Positions 45,433-56,053 of a stretch of DNA of 56,536 nt are shown here, piece after piece. The position numbers and the translations under genes were made by a program. Position 1 is the first letter of the stretch. The number at the start of each line of letters is the position of its first letter. Origin of the DNA: Candidatus Moraniibacteriota bacterium. Its GTDB lineage: Bacteria; Patescibacteriota; Minisyncoccia; Moranbacterales; UBA1568. The notes below the pieces were generated by a model. The model ran no database searches. It saw nothing but the letters and a program-made list of their open reading frames with translations, and was not told the DNA's origin. The stretch lies in assembly GCA_037441965.1 (NCBI GenBank), contig JBBIRD010000005.1, forward strand, positions 1 to 56,536, written 5' to 3'.

Positions 45433-46368
45433 TTATTTATCCTTGTTTAATGCTTCCAAAGAAATGTTCTCTTTATCTCCTTCATTACGAAATGCATAAT
45501 ATACCCTATTCTCTGTACGCAGATCAATATATGCTATATTCTGTCGTTTTTGTTGTGGAAGTTCTTTAGCAAAAAGGAGTTTCAATGTATCAAGTGATTT
45601 TTTAAGAGGAATCTCTGTATTCAAATATATTTCCCAACCCTCATCAGTGATCCCTCGAAGCTCTGGAGCAAAATGTGACACAATGGTAAAAGAAGGTAAT
45701 AAAGAAATATTCAATTCTTTTGGAAAGGTTTCGATAAGAGTAAGAAGAAAATGAGCATACTCTGGTTCAAATACTTTGTCACCAACAAGAATGGTTTTCT
45801 TACTCATATCAGACAATGTAATAAGAGCTACTGTATTTTCATCCACAATAGAAGGTGATGCATTGCGTGTTACACCCTCTTCATTTACAAAATACTTCCC
45901 TCCTTCAGTATCCCAAAGCAAAATATACGGTCGCTCAACAATATGAACAGATATTGTTCGGGGAAAAATCCGTTCTATTGAAATAGTCCGTATTAAAGGA
46001 TACCTTTCGTATAACTTTTTCTGCAATGATTGCGGTTGTATCAATCCTAATGAACATCGAGGGACAATCGAAAAATATTTTCCTGAAATATCATTTTGTA
46101 TAAAGTGTTGTATATTTTGAATTGAAATCTCATTCGTTCCAGATATTTCTATTTTTTCGAGACAAACAAAAGAAGAAAAGAAAAAGATATATACTAAAGT
46201 GACAAAAAACAGACTCCACAGAAAAAATACTCCTATTGGAATTTTTTTTCTTTTATCATTCTTTTTATCACCTGAATACCTCTCGTGTTTTTTAGGAAGA
46301 GGCTTGCGCAAGAAAGGTATGCTTTCTTTTTTTTGTTTGAATTTCTTTTTGTTCGAAAAAAACAACAT
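45433..46368 (-). CDS. ftsQ: cell division protein FtsQ/DivIB-like
   Basis: Basic N-terminus, one TM, POTRA-like LEKIEISGTNEISIQNIQHFI, then a beta-rich domain. Confidence 0.65.
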   Translation of the reverse strand: MLFFSNKKKFKQKKESIPFLRKPLPKKHERYSGDKKNDKRKKIPIGVFFLWSLFFVTLVYIFFFSSFVCLEKIEISGTNEISIQNIQHFIQNDISGKYFSIVPRCSLGLIQPQSLQKKLYERYPLIRTISIERIFPRTISVHIVERPYILLWDTEGGKYFVNEEGVTRNASPSIVDENTVALITLSDMSKKTILVGDKVFEPEYAHFLLTLIETFPKELNISLLPSFTIVSHFAPELRGITDEGWEIYLNTEIPLKKSLDTLKLLFAKELPQQKRQNIAYIDLRTENRVYYAFRNEGDKENISLEALNKDK

Positions 46369-46376
46369 AAATGTTC

Positions 46377-47309
46377 TTATAATGAAAGAAACAATGTATC
46401 GGCCAAAAGACGAGCATTACTCTGTGTCGTTTTGAGTAAAGTAAGCGTAGATTCAATATCTTGAAGGAGGCGAAAGAACTGTTTTGTATGCGAAAAAGAC
46501 TTGCTCTCAAGTGCTTGTTTATGAAGACCAGGGAGCCACCATTCCAAAAGAGTAATCATCTCTGGAACATTCTTCGATAATTCTTCTGCTAAAATCATTC
46601 GTTCGCTCAACGAAAGAGTAGACAAACGAAACAGACGACTTAACATCTCTTGTTTTTGATGAAATTTTTTTGGATCAGCAAGAGCTTCCTTTACTACTCC
46701 TGGTCGTCCCAAAGAAAAAAAGAATGGAGCAATCGTTTGTTGATCTGTATGATGAGAAAAAAATAAAGAACGATCTGATTGCATTTCTTCTACAGGAACA
46801 TAATGAAATCTCACGCGCTCTACTCGAGAAAGTAATGTAGAAATCAAATTGCCAACTTCGTGAGTAACAAGAATCAAAACAGCGCTTTCATTTGGTTCTT
46901 CTAATGTTTTCAATAACACATTTTGTGCAGACAAAGAAAGTTTATGAGCATCTTCTACAATAAGAACACGAAAACGACCCTGCATAGGAAAATGACTCAA
47001 AAAAGAAAGTGATTCTCTTATTTCTTCTGCACCAATGTTTTTTTGTTTCGTAATACCTCGTCTTGTCTCTTCTTTTGGTTTCATTACCATCACATCAAAG
47101 GGGTATGGATTGTTTTCACTCGGTTCAAAATGTGGTTGAGAAACTAACTGTAAAGCAAACTCAAAAGCACATAAACTTTTTCCGATACCTTGAGGACCAA
47201 AGAAAAGATATGATTGGCTTATTTTCTCTCTTGTTGCTAAAAGAGCAAGCCGTTCTCGATTTTTTTTATGACCAATGATATTCATAAACTTCGATAATAT
47301 CACAAACAT
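46377..47309 (-). CDS. holB: DNA polymerase III delta' subunit
   Basis: SQSYLFFGPQGIGKSLCAFEFALQL; VLIVEDAHKLS; LLKTLEEP. Confidence 0.82.
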   Translation of the reverse strand: MFVILSKFMNIIGHKKNRERLALLATREKISQSYLFFGPQGIGKSLCAFEFALQLVSQPHFEPSENNPYPFDVMVMKPKEETRRGITKQKNIGAEEIRESLSFLSHFPMQGRFRVLIVEDAHKLSLSAQNVLLKTLEEPNESAVLILVTHEVGNLISTLLSRVERVRFHYVPVEEMQSDRSLFFSHHTDQQTIAPFFFSLGRPGVVKEALADPKKFHQKQEMLSRLFRLSTLSLSERMILAEELSKNVPEMITLLEWWLPGLHKQALESKSFSHTKQFFRLLQDIESTLTLLKTTQSNARLLADTLFLSL

Positions 47310-48445
47310 TTTTGTACAACAGCCTGTATTTCTTTCTTAAAACGTTCTTCGGTAAAATGAGCCACTGACTGCTTTATAGTGTTCTCATTATATGATGCCT
47401 CTTTTTCTAAAAATCTTTTTATTCCTTCTGCAAGAACTTCTGGAGTTTGCGAATGAAAAATCTCTCCTGTAACTCCGCTTTGAATAATTTCCTGAATACC
47501 TCCATATTCATACGCGATAACAGGCACTCCGAAAGAAAGCGCTTCGACAGCAACCATACCAAAATCTTCTTCTGACGGAAAGATAACTGCGCGAGCACCT
47601 CGATAGAGCAAAGCCAATGATTCGTCATCAACAAATCCTCTAAAAGAAATATTTTCTTTCGCCATACGTTCAAGTCGCTTCTTTTCTCTTCCTGTTCCAA
47701 CAATGATAAGCGGAAGTCCAAGCTTGTTGAATGATTCAATGACAATGTCTATTTTTTTCGATGCTGTTAGTCGTGAAATTACAAGAAAATATTCTTTCTT
47801 ATGCGATGAGACATTCGTATGTTGTGATACAATATGTTGCGATAACGCCAGCGCCGGAGGATATATCAAAACACTTTCTCTGCGATAATATTTTCTCACA
47901 CGATCCTGTGTGAATCGTGAATTTACAAGAAGAATATCTGGACGATCTGCTGACTGCTTATCCCAAATACGAAGATAACTCAAAAGCATACGAAGACAAA
48001 TACTTCTTTTTCCTTTTGCTCCTAACTCACTCAAATACTGTTCATGGTAATCCCAGACATAACGCATTGGCGAGTGTATATATGCAATGTGTTTGGTATG
48101 AAGACGCGTAACAACACCCTTTGTCCATGCTCCTGAAGAAGAAATCACGATATCAAAATCTCGCAAATCAAATGATTCAACAACGGAAGAGAAAAATGGT
48201 AAGAAAAATCGATACTGTTTTTTTAAAAAAGATGGAAGCTTCGACAACCAAGAAGTGTGAATATCTCGATCAGAAAAATGTTTCCCCATTATTCTTTCGT
48301 CATATATCAATGTATAAAGAGGAGCAGAAGGAAACATATCCGCTAAAACCTCTAATACTCTTTCAGCACCTCCGTACGCAGTAAGAAAATCGTGTACAAG
48401 TGCAATTTTGAGTTCTTTCTGTTCTCCTGTAGTATCTTGTTGCAT
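47300..48445 (-). CDS. GT-B glycosyltransferase (GT4/GT1 family)
   Basis: EDFGMVAVEALSFGVPVIA E(x7)E-type motif; ends in TGA. Confidence 0.85.
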   Translation of the reverse strand: MQQDTTGEQKELKIALVHDFLTAYGGAERVLEVLADMFPSAPLYTLIYDERIMGKHFSDRDIHTSWLSKLPSFLKKQYRFFLPFFSSVVESFDLRDFDIVISSSGAWTKGVVTRLHTKHIAYIHSPMRYVWDYHEQYLSELGAKGKRSICLRMLLSYLRIWDKQSADRPDILLVNSRFTQDRVRKYYRRESVLIYPPALALSQHIVSQHTNVSSHKKEYFLVISRLTASKKIDIVIESFNKLGLPLIIVGTGREKKRLERMAKENISFRGFVDDESLALLYRGARAVIFPSEEDFGMVAVEALSFGVPVIAYEYGGIQEIIQSGVTGEIFHSQTPEVLAEGIKRFLEKEASYNENTIKQSVAHFTEERFKKEIQAVVQKCL

Positions 48446-48457
48446 ATAGCAATACCA

Positions 48458-49573
48458 TTAAATAATTTCCATTTCATTATAGATTTGTTGCGCACACTTC
48501 TCCCAAGAAAACTTGTGTACATTTTTCTTCTCTTCTTCTATTATATCATCTCGCAATGTCTTATCCTGAAGCAAGGTAATAATGCCTCGTGCAATGTCAT
48601 CAGATTTCAGAGGATCAACATACAAAGCGCCTTTTCCTGCTACTTCTGGAAGAGAAGAAACTGATGAAGTGATCAAGGGTACCCCTACTGATTGTGCTTC
48701 AAGAAGAGGAATGCCAAAACCTTCATAAAGAGATGGGAAAAGAAAAATATCTGCGAAAGAAAGTATTTGCCATTTTTCCTCTTCTGTAATATATCCCATT
48801 TCTTTAATATTATTCCGAAAAGTTGACTGCTTGATTTGAAGTGCAATGGATTCATAACTATACCCTGGTTTGCCTGCCAATATGAGCGTATGTGCGATTT
48901 TTTCTCTTGCTTTCAATATCTCAAAGGCTTCAATAATTCGTTTGATGTTTTTCCTCTCTTCCAAGCGTCCGATGAAAAGAATATACGGTGTTGATATATC
49001 GGAAGAATGTTTCAGAGAGGATACTTCTTTTTTTGTAAAACCCTCATATATTACAGATATTTTTTCTTCTAAAATATGGTACAACTGCACTACATCTTGC
49101 TTTGTATTTTCTGAAACACAAATTATTTTTTTTGCTACCATACACGAAAAGCGTATCGAAAGACGCATATACCACTGATCAAAAAATGAATAACTTTGAG
49201 GACAAAACTCGTATTCCAATCCGTGTATTGTAACAATGGTTTTTTTTGGATGAATGAAAGGTATAGTGTGTGCTGGTATAAAGAGGACATCTGGTGCAAA
49301 TATGAGCATTTCAAGCGAGAGTCTAATCTGAGTCCAAAAACGCGGTGCCCATATCCCTTTGACACGAAAATTTGAAGGTAGGGAAAAATCAATCTCTGGC
49401 AAAACAAAAACTATTCTCCCTTGTTCCCAAGTAATTTTTCTACGTACATACAATGTCACAGTATCCGAATGTGAGATAACATCTCTCAAATGTTTGATTG
49501 TTTGATATGCATATTCTTCAATTCCTGTACGACGTTTGAGAAATGCTCGCGATGCATCGATACCAATATGCAT
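48458..49573 (-). CDS. GT-B glycosyltransferase (GT4/GT1 family)
   Basis: YEGFGIPLLEAQSVGVPLITS. Confidence 0.85.
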   Translation of the reverse strand: MHIGIDASRAFLKRRTGIEEYAYQTIKHLRDVISHSDTVTLYVRRKITWEQGRIVFVLPEIDFSLPSNFRVKGIWAPRFWTQIRLSLEMLIFAPDVLFIPAHTIPFIHPKKTIVTIHGLEYEFCPQSYSFFDQWYMRLSIRFSCMVAKKIICVSENTKQDVVQLYHILEEKISVIYEGFTKKEVSSLKHSSDISTPYILFIGRLEERKNIKRIIEAFEILKAREKIAHTLILAGKPGYSYESIALQIKQSTFRNNIKEMGYITEEEKWQILSFADIFLFPSLYEGFGIPLLEAQSVGVPLITSSVSSLPEVAGKGALYVDPLKSDDIARGIITLLQDKTLRDDIIEEEKKNVHKFSWEKCAQQIYNEMEII

Positions 49574-49606
49574 AAATGAAAGATAAAAAATAAAAAATAT
49601 ATACTC

Positions 49607-50626
49607 CTATTTAGCGAGCATAATACTTCGCTTATAAACATCAAGATTATCAAGTACAATGCCTGATCCTTTCACAACACAAAACGCAGGGTCGTCTGAT
49701 ACATAGCAAGGAACATTGATAGTTTTTGAAATGAGTTGATCAAGATATTTAAGCTGTGCAGTGCCACCAGAAAGCACCATTCCTTTATCCATAATATCTG
49801 CTGATAATTCTGGTGGCGTCTCTTGGAGAACCTGCTTAATAACATTGATAATTTCTCGCAATTCGTCTTGAATAGCTTCCGTGATTTCATTGGAAGCAAT
49901 AGATATCGTTTTTGGTAATCCACCCATCAAATCTCTTCCGTGTACTTCCATATGTTCTTCTTTCACTTGTGCAATAGCAGATCCAATTTTCATTTTAATC
50001 TCTTCTGCAGTACGATCACCGATAGCAATACTATATTTCCTTTTTATATAATCTGATATTGCCTGATCGATACGATTGCCTCCAACACGAGCACTATGTG
50101 CTGATACAATACCTCCAAGAGAGATAACTGCTATCTCTGATGTACCGCCACCAATATTGATAATCATATTCCCTTGTGCCGCGTGAATCGGAATACCTGC
50201 GCCAATCGCTGCCAAGATAGGCTCTTTTACAACATACGCAGATTTCGCTCCTGCCTTGATAGCAGCATCGATGACAGCACGTCGTTCTGTCGATGTCACT
50301 CCGGCTGGAATAGAAAGCACAACTTCTGGACGAAAAAAACGAAAACGCCCACTTACACGATTGAGAAAATATTTAAGCATCGCTTCAGTAACGCGATAAT
50401 CTGCAATAGCGCCATCCTTCAATGGCTGACTTGCAACAATAGTATCAGGTGTTCGTCCAAGCATTTCACGCGCTTCATTTCCGACAGCAATAACTTTATT
50501 TTCAAGAAGAGAGATAGCGACTACTGATGGCTCATTAACAACTACACCTTTTCCAGGAACAAAAACCAGCGTATTCTTCGTACCAAGATCAATACCAATT
50601 TTACGAACAAACATCATATTTACCAT
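49607..50626 (-). CDS. mreB: rod-shape determining protein MreB
   Basis: IGIDLGTKNT, NIGGGTSEIAV, LSGGTAQL actin-fold motifs. Confidence 0.93.
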   Translation of the reverse strand: MVNMMFVRKIGIDLGTKNTLVFVPGKGVVVNEPSVVAISLLENKVIAVGNEAREMLGRTPDTIVASQPLKDGAIADYRVTEAMLKYFLNRVSGRFRFFRPEVVLSIPAGVTSTERRAVIDAAIKAGAKSAYVVKEPILAAIGAGIPIHAAQGNMIINIGGGTSEIAVISLGGIVSAHSARVGGNRIDQAISDYIKRKYSIAIGDRTAEEIKMKIGSAIAQVKEEHMEVHGRDLMGGLPKTISIASNEITEAIQDELREIINVIKQVLQETPPELSADIMDKGMVLSGGTAQLKYLDQLISKTINVPCYVSDDPAFCVVKGSGIVLDNLDVYKRSIMLAK

Positions 50627-50638
50627 ATATATTTCTCT

Positions 50639-51916
50639 TTATCCTTCTTTACATACCTGCTTCACTCTCTTTATCGAAGCACCTATTTTCTGCAATCTTT
50701 CTTCTATACGCTCGTATCCACGATCGACTTGATAAATATCTTCAATGATCGTTTTTCCTCTGGCGCACAACGCCGCAATAATGAGCGCCGCTCCAGCACG
50801 CAAATCATAACTTTTAATTAGTGTTCCTCGAAGCTGAGTTTTTCCACTTACTATCACCTGATGTGGATTGAGCACTGTAGCCTGAGCGCCCATTTTAATA
50901 AGTTCTGATATATAATTAAACCGTCCTTCAAAAATAGTATCAAATATCAAAGTATCCCCTATCGCTTGTGATGCAAGTACTCCAAACGGTGCTTGTACAT
51001 CTGTCGGAAGTCCTGGATATGTTCGTGTATCAAGTTTTGCAACAGCGCGTAATTTTTTTGCTGGAATTACTGTAATAGCATTCTTCTGAATCACAAAATC
51101 TGCTCCAAACTCTCGCAATTTTTCTACAACCAAATCAAGATGTTCGATACGAGCATTCTTTACAGTAATCGGACTCCCAGTGGCAACACCGAGTATCAGA
51201 AATGTTCCTGCTTCATTATGATCAGGTATGACAGTATGTCGTACTCCACGCAATTTTTCGGAACCAACAATCTCAAGAGTATGTGTTCCTAAACCCTTTA
51301 TCTTCGCTCCCATAGCACAGAGAAATTTTCCCAAATCTTCAATATGCGGTTCTGCCCCAGCAATCTTTATAAAAGTTTTCCCTGGCAGACTCGCTGCGAG
51401 CATCATCGCATTTTCAGTAGCTGTCACTGAGAACTCTCGTAAGACAACATTTGCCGAGTGTTTTTTTCTCGCATCAATATGATACTTTTTTTCATCACTT
51501 GTGATATCGATACCCATTTTTTGTAACGCATCAAAATGTGTTCCTACGGGACGAGCTCCGATCACACAACCTCCCGGATGATGAAATATAAAATCATCAA
51601 AACGAGCAGAGAGTGCTCCAAGAAGCAAAATAGAAGATCGGATTTTTTTTATCGCCTCAATGTCTATTTTTTTTGGATCAATATCTTTCGCAGTAATAGC
51701 AACTGTACGCTTTCCTCGCCATTCCACTATGGCTCCCATACTTTCAATGATTTCGATCATACGGAAAACATCTTCGATCAATGGTATATTGGAAATTACA
51801 CAGGTTTCTTTTGTAAGAAGTGTTGCAGAAAGAATTGGAGTTGTCGCATTTTTTGAACCACTCACAATAATTTCTCCTTTCATTTTTTTCCCTCCTTCGA
51901 TTTCAAAAACTTCCAT
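50639..51916 (-). CDS. murA: UDP-N-acetylglucosamine 1-carboxyvinyltransferase
   Basis: VSGSKNATTPIL; PGGCVIGARPV (active-site Cys loop); 425 aa. Confidence 0.95.
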   Translation of the reverse strand: MEVFEIEGGKKMKGEIIVSGSKNATTPILSATLLTKETCVISNIPLIEDVFRMIEIIESMGAIVEWRGKRTVAITAKDIDPKKIDIEAIKKIRSSILLLGALSARFDDFIFHHPGGCVIGARPVGTHFDALQKMGIDITSDEKKYHIDARKKHSANVVLREFSVTATENAMMLAASLPGKTFIKIAGAEPHIEDLGKFLCAMGAKIKGLGTHTLEIVGSEKLRGVRHTVIPDHNEAGTFLILGVATGSPITVKNARIEHLDLVVEKLREFGADFVIQKNAITVIPAKKLRAVAKLDTRTYPGLPTDVQAPFGVLASQAIGDTLIFDTIFEGRFNYISELIKMGAQATVLNPHQVIVSGKTQLRGTLIKSYDLRAGAALIIAALCARGKTIIEDIYQVDRGYERIEERLQKIGASIKRVKQVCKEG

Positions 51917-51997
51917 ACAGAGTACTCTACTAAAAAATAATAATCTCGCTCTCGTCTACAATAAAAAAAGCATCTAGACTCGTCATATACCTTTCCT

Positions 51998-52026
51998 AGT
52001 ATAGCCTATATTCAGCTTTCAATCAA
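51998..52026 (-). promoter_or_regulatory. sigma70-type promoter of murA-mreB
   Basis: Minus strand TTGATT (52026-52021), 17 nt, TATACT (52003-51998). Confidence 0.55.
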
Positions 52027-52028
52027 TG

Positions 52029-52054
52029 AAAAAACTGCTCTATGCAGAGCAGTT
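52029..52054 (-). terminator. intrinsic terminator just upstream of the murA promoter
   Basis: AACTGCTCT-atgc-AGAGCAGTT followed on the minus strand by TTTTTT. Confidence 0.65.
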
Positions 52055-52210
52055 CATATATGACCTTCAAAGAGGTAAAGGCAAAGGAATTTGCCTTATT
52101 AAATATAAAAACAATCGTTTTTGTTTTTCTTTTTATTTTTGTTTGTGTTTTTAAAGTACATTGTTTCGGGTTTCCCCGAGTAAAAGGAACATATTTCTCC
52201 CTCTTACTCG

Positions 52211-52252
52211 GAAAAAGAAAACGGGTCCCTATTTGGAAGGGCACCCGTTTTC
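52211..52252 (-). terminator. intrinsic terminator after trxB
   Basis: GAAAACGGGT(CCCT-atttgga-AGGG)cACCCGTTTTC long hairpin followed on the minus strand by TTTTTC. Confidence 0.75.
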
Positions 52253-52301
52253 TCACTTATAAGTGTAGTATAGCACACTTTTTTCGTTCTGTAAAGATAT
52301 A

Positions 52302-53219
52302 TCATTTCTTACGAAGGAAGTCGTACGCTGACAACGCCGCAATCACTCCGTAACCAGCTGAGATATTATTCTGTCTATAAAGAACGTCTGTCACATCTCC
52401 CACTGCAAAAATGCCCGGCACAGAAGTTTCTGCTGTTCGATTATCGATTTTTATCTCACCACGATCACTCAATGCTACTAGATCCTTCACAAAATTAGAA
52501 TTTGGCGCCATACCAATCTCTACAAAAACACCACTACAAGACAATTTCTTTTCTTCACTTGTACGCGTATCAGTATAAACAAGAGCAGTAACCATTGATT
52601 CACCTTCAATAGATTTCGGAACAGCATAAAAAAGAATTTCTACTTTCTCCGATGCTCGAATCTTTTTTTCTGTTACAGCATCACCTTTCAAAATATCGGA
52701 ACGCACTAAAAGAGTAATGTGCTCCGCATACGGAATAAGATCTTCTACTGCTTCAAGTCCAGCATTGCCTCCACCAACGACGACAACTTTTTTATTTCGA
52801 AAAAATGGAGCATCGCAGGTAGAACAATACACGACGCCTTTTCCATTGAAAACATCTTCTCCTGGAATCTCCAAATGTCGATGATGTCCACCAGAAGCAA
52901 TGATCACTGTTTTTGTTTCGTATTGCGTTTCATCTGAAGCAGTAACAAGAAAAAAAGAATCTTTTTTTTCTATTCTCATTGCTCGTACCCCGGTAACGAT
53001 TTCAATGCCTTCTTGTGCTCTCAAATGCTTCTCCAAAGATTGAGCAAATTCAAATCCTGGAATTGTTACTGTACCGATCCAATTCTCGATACTTGCCGAA
53101 ACCGTCGACTGACTTTGAAAACTTTCTGTCAAAAAAAGAGTTTTCATTTGTTTGCGAGCAGTATATATTCCTGACGCCACTCCGCCCGGACCTCCACCAA
53201 TAATAATAACATCGTACAT
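52302..53219 (-). CDS. trxB: thioredoxin-disulfide reductase
   Basis: [10 protein letters not shown]; redox CSTCDAPFF (CxxC); [10 protein letters not shown]; ends in TGA. Confidence 0.92.
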   Translation of the reverse strand: MYDVIIIGGGPGGVASGIYTARKQMKTLFLTESFQSQSTVSASIENWIGTVTIPGFEFAQSLEKHLRAQEGIEIVTGVRAMRIEKKDSFFLVTASDETQYETKTVIIASGGHHRHLEIPGEDVFNGKGVVYCSTCDAPFFRNKKVVVVGGGNAGLEAVEDLIPYAEHITLLVRSDILKGDAVTEKKIRASEKVEILFYAVPKSIEGESMVTALVYTDTRTSEEKKLSCSGVFVEIGMAPNSNFVKDLVALSDRGEIKIDNRTAETSVPGIFAVGDVTDVLYRQNNISAGYGVIAALSAYDFLRKK

Positions 53220-53290
53220 ATTTTTTTATTTATTCAATTATTACTTAAAAAAAGAGAAGCATATTTCACTATACTTCTCAATTGAAACCC

Positions 53291-54097
53291 TTAACGATAC
53301 CCTCCATCTACCATAATGTTTTGTCCTGTGATATACGAAGCGCCGGAACCAAGAAGAAATGCAACGACTGTTGCTACTTCAGATGGTTCTGCAAAATGTC
53401 CGAGCCATATTTTTGCACACTCTTTCTCGTATTCACCATCTGGTAATGTATCATTCATACCTGTATTGATCCAGCCAGGAGCAATGCCGTTCACACGAAT
53501 ACCATATTTGGCATATTCCTCAGCAAATCCAAGTACTTGCATCGCCATCGCTGCTTTAGAAGAATCATAATGCAGAGAATAACTCGCCCATGAATTGATG
53601 CCATTGGTCGATGTAATCAAAACAACAGAACCTTTGATTTTTTTCTCTTTCATTCGTTCAAGTACGATACGAGTAGAGATAAAAGAACCAAACACATTTA
53701 CAGCATACACATCTTTCCATCCTGGAATTTTTTTTCCATCAGGAGAAACAAGTGTGTTTAATGTCTGTTCTACCAAAGGTGTATTGGGCGAAATACCAAT
53801 GCTATCTACCAGGAGAGACACTTCTTCTCCAAGAGCAGATACTGCATCATCAAGCATTTGACGAAATATATTTTCTGTTTCATCGGAACGATCAGAAACC
53901 TGAGCAATAGACACTCTCGCTCCCAGTTTTTCCAATTCCTTCTCGACTTCTTCAGCTTTCGCACGATTTCCACTGTAGGTAATCGTGATTTTCTTTACTC
54001 CGTTAACTACTAATGCTTTGGCAATTTCTGAACCGATACCGCCACTTCCACCTAGGACAAGTGCGTGGCCGGATATTTTTGAAAGGTACTGTTTCAT
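53291..54097 (-). CDS. short-chain dehydrogenase/reductase (SDR)
   Basis: LGGSGGIGSEIAK (TGxxxGxG-type), YDSSKAAM (YxxxK). Confidence 0.85.
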   Translation of the reverse strand: MKQYLSKISGHALVLGGSGGIGSEIAKALVVNGVKKITITYSGNRAKAEEVEKELEKLGARVSIAQVSDRSDETENIFRQMLDDAVSALGEEVSLLVDSIGISPNTPLVEQTLNTLVSPDGKKIPGWKDVYAVNVFGSFISTRIVLERMKEKKIKGSVVLITSTNGINSWASYSLHYDSSKAAMAMQVLGFAEEYAKYGIRVNGIAPGWINTGMNDTLPDGEYEKECAKIWLGHFAEPSEVATVVAFLLGSGASYITGQNIMVDGGYR

Positions 54098-54132
54098 ATG
54101 ATAACTCCTTAATGTTTCTATTAACGAAAGAA

Positions 54133-54390
54133 CTATTGCATTTTGAAGAGAGATTTGAGAGCAGTTTCATCAATCTTCTTCTTTCCATTCCACTTACACA
54201 CAATATCATCTTTCAATAACTCTACGCCTAACATCGCAACTGCTTCACGAATGGCTGTTATCTGAACGATAATATCAAGGCAATCTTTTTTCTCTTCTAC
54301 CATACGACGAATTCCTCCAAGCTGTCCTTCGATGCGTGAAATACGCGAAAGAATGGATGATGACTTCACAACTTTTCCTGAAGTAGCCAT
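54133..54390 (-). CDS. CsoR/RcnR-family metal-sensing repressor
   Basis: ILSRISRIEGQLGGIRRMVEEKKDCLDIIVQITAIREA...; start moved to the internal ATG at 54388-54390. Confidence 0.75.
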   Translation of the reverse strand: MATSGKVVKSSSILSRISRIEGQLGGIRRMVEEKKDCLDIIVQITAIREAVAMLGVELLKDDIVCKWNGKKKIDETALKSLFKMQ

Positions 54391-54463
54391 ACAAAAGAAA
54401 TAAAAAAAATATACCCTACAGGGGTATATTATACAATCCAAAACAATCTGTCAAGTATCTATA

Positions 54464-55867
54464 CTACAAAGCCTCCACCGCTTTACAAAATTGCTCTCCT
54501 CTGTCAAATTCATTTGCAAATAATCCGAAACTCGTAGCCCCAGGAGAAAGCAAAACAATATCTCCATTCTCTGCACATCTTGATGCAATTTCTACTGCTT
54601 TCGCCATAGTTTCAACAATCATAATAGGTCGTGCTTTTTCTTTATCAGGGAGAAGTTCACGAATTTCCTGTACAATCTTTTCTGTTGCATTGCCTCGCAG
54701 AAGAATCAGTCCTTTTGTATGTGAAAGAATCATTTTTGCAAAATGTCCAAAATACATATTTTTATCACTCCCCCCAGCGATCAAAATTACCTGTTGATTG
54801 AACGATTGGAGAGCTCGTATTCCTGCTTCTGGTATCGTAGCTGTCGTATCATTGTAATACTTCACACCCCTCTTCTCACCTAAACATTGAAGACGATTTT
54901 TCACTCCTTCAAAAGAGAGTACTCCCTTTTTGATTATCTCAGGCGAAAGTCCATACGCAAGCGTAGCTGCGACGCCTGCGAGAATATTTGATTGATTATG
55001 CTCTCCTAAAAGTTTGACCTGATCGAAAGAAAACATTTTTTCATCTTTCCCCTGTTTACGAAAATATAACTCATTTTCTTTTCTGTATGTTCCATCTCCA
55101 TCGACATTTTTCTCCGTAGAAAACCAGATGAGTTCACCTGGAGTATCTTGTACCATCTCTCGCACATCACCATCATCGAAAGAGGCAATTGTGATATCAT
55201 TTTTCTTCTGAAAGAGAAAGATATTTTTCTTATCTTCTTTATAAGCAGACATCGTTTTGTAATAATTTTGATGATCTGGAAAAATATTTGTGAGTACAGC
55301 AATATGAGGACTTTTTTGCACAGATCGCAAAGCCGACAATCGCCACGACGATAATTCGAAAACAACAACATCAGTATGCTCTGTTTCTTTCAGTAAAGAA
55401 AGTACGCCTGTTTGTTCAATGCCGACAGATACCACTTTCTTCCCGGCCTGTTGCAAAATATGAGCAATCAATGTTGAGGTTGTTGTCTTTCCTTTGGAAC
55501 CTGTAATACCGATGATATGTTTCTTACACAGTGCAAAAAAAATACTTGAGTCCATCTCAACTGGTATATGATGCTTTTTCGCAAGAAGGATATATTCATT
55601 AGTCCACGGAATACCAGGATTTTTCACAACCATATCAACATTAGTGAAATCTTCTGAACGATGCTGTCCTAATATATATGTGATATTTTTGTATTTTTTA
55701 AGTTTCTCGAGAGACACATTGAGCTCATCTCGTGACTTCATATCAGTCACAATCACTTCCTTCACGCCTTTTTCTACAAGAAACTGTACAGTACCAACAC
55801 CTCCCATATTTACTCCCAAACCAAAAACAGTGACCCGTTTATTTTTCCAAAAAGATTCTTTAAACAT
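54464..55867 (-). CDS. murD: UDP-N-acetylmuramoylalanine--D-glutamate ligase
   Basis: VFGLGVNMGG; ITGSKGKTTT P-loop; Mur ligase middle and C-terminal domains. Confidence 0.92.
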   Translation of the reverse strand: MFKESFWKNKRVTVFGLGVNMGGVGTVQFLVEKGVKEVIVTDMKSRDELNVSLEKLKKYKNITYILGQHRSEDFTNVDMVVKNPGIPWTNEYILLAKKHHIPVEMDSSIFFALCKKHIIGITGSKGKTTTSTLIAHILQQAGKKVVSVGIEQTGVLSLLKETEHTDVVVFELSSWRLSALRSVQKSPHIAVLTNIFPDHQNYYKTMSAYKEDKKNIFLFQKKNDITIASFDDGDVREMVQDTPGELIWFSTEKNVDGDGTYRKENELYFRKQGKDEKMFSFDQVKLLGEHNQSNILAGVAATLAYGLSPEIIKKGVLSFEGVKNRLQCLGEKRGVKYYNDTTATIPEAGIRALQSFNQQVILIAGGSDKNMYFGHFAKMILSHTKGLILLRGNATEKIVQEIRELLPDKEKARPIMIVETMAKAVEIASRCAENGDIVLLSPGATSFGLFANEFDRGEQFCKAVEAL

Positions 55868-56053
55868 AAGATACTATTCATCAAGATATTTCTATTATAT
55901 ACCTCATAAATACAAAAAGACAATCTTCACAAAAAAGTTTCTTCATACTGATTCTTTCCCCCAAAGAAAAAAGAGTCTCTCGACTCTTCTTTCTTACATT
56001 ATACCACATTTCTTCATTTTTTACAAGAATGAGATGATGGCATTCTATACTTT

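Noticed and set aside
52023-52353. Track ORFs of 77 and 103 aa in the trxB-murA intergenic region
   Set aside because: They span two terminator hairpins and a poly-T/A tract and give low-complexity translations with no RBS.
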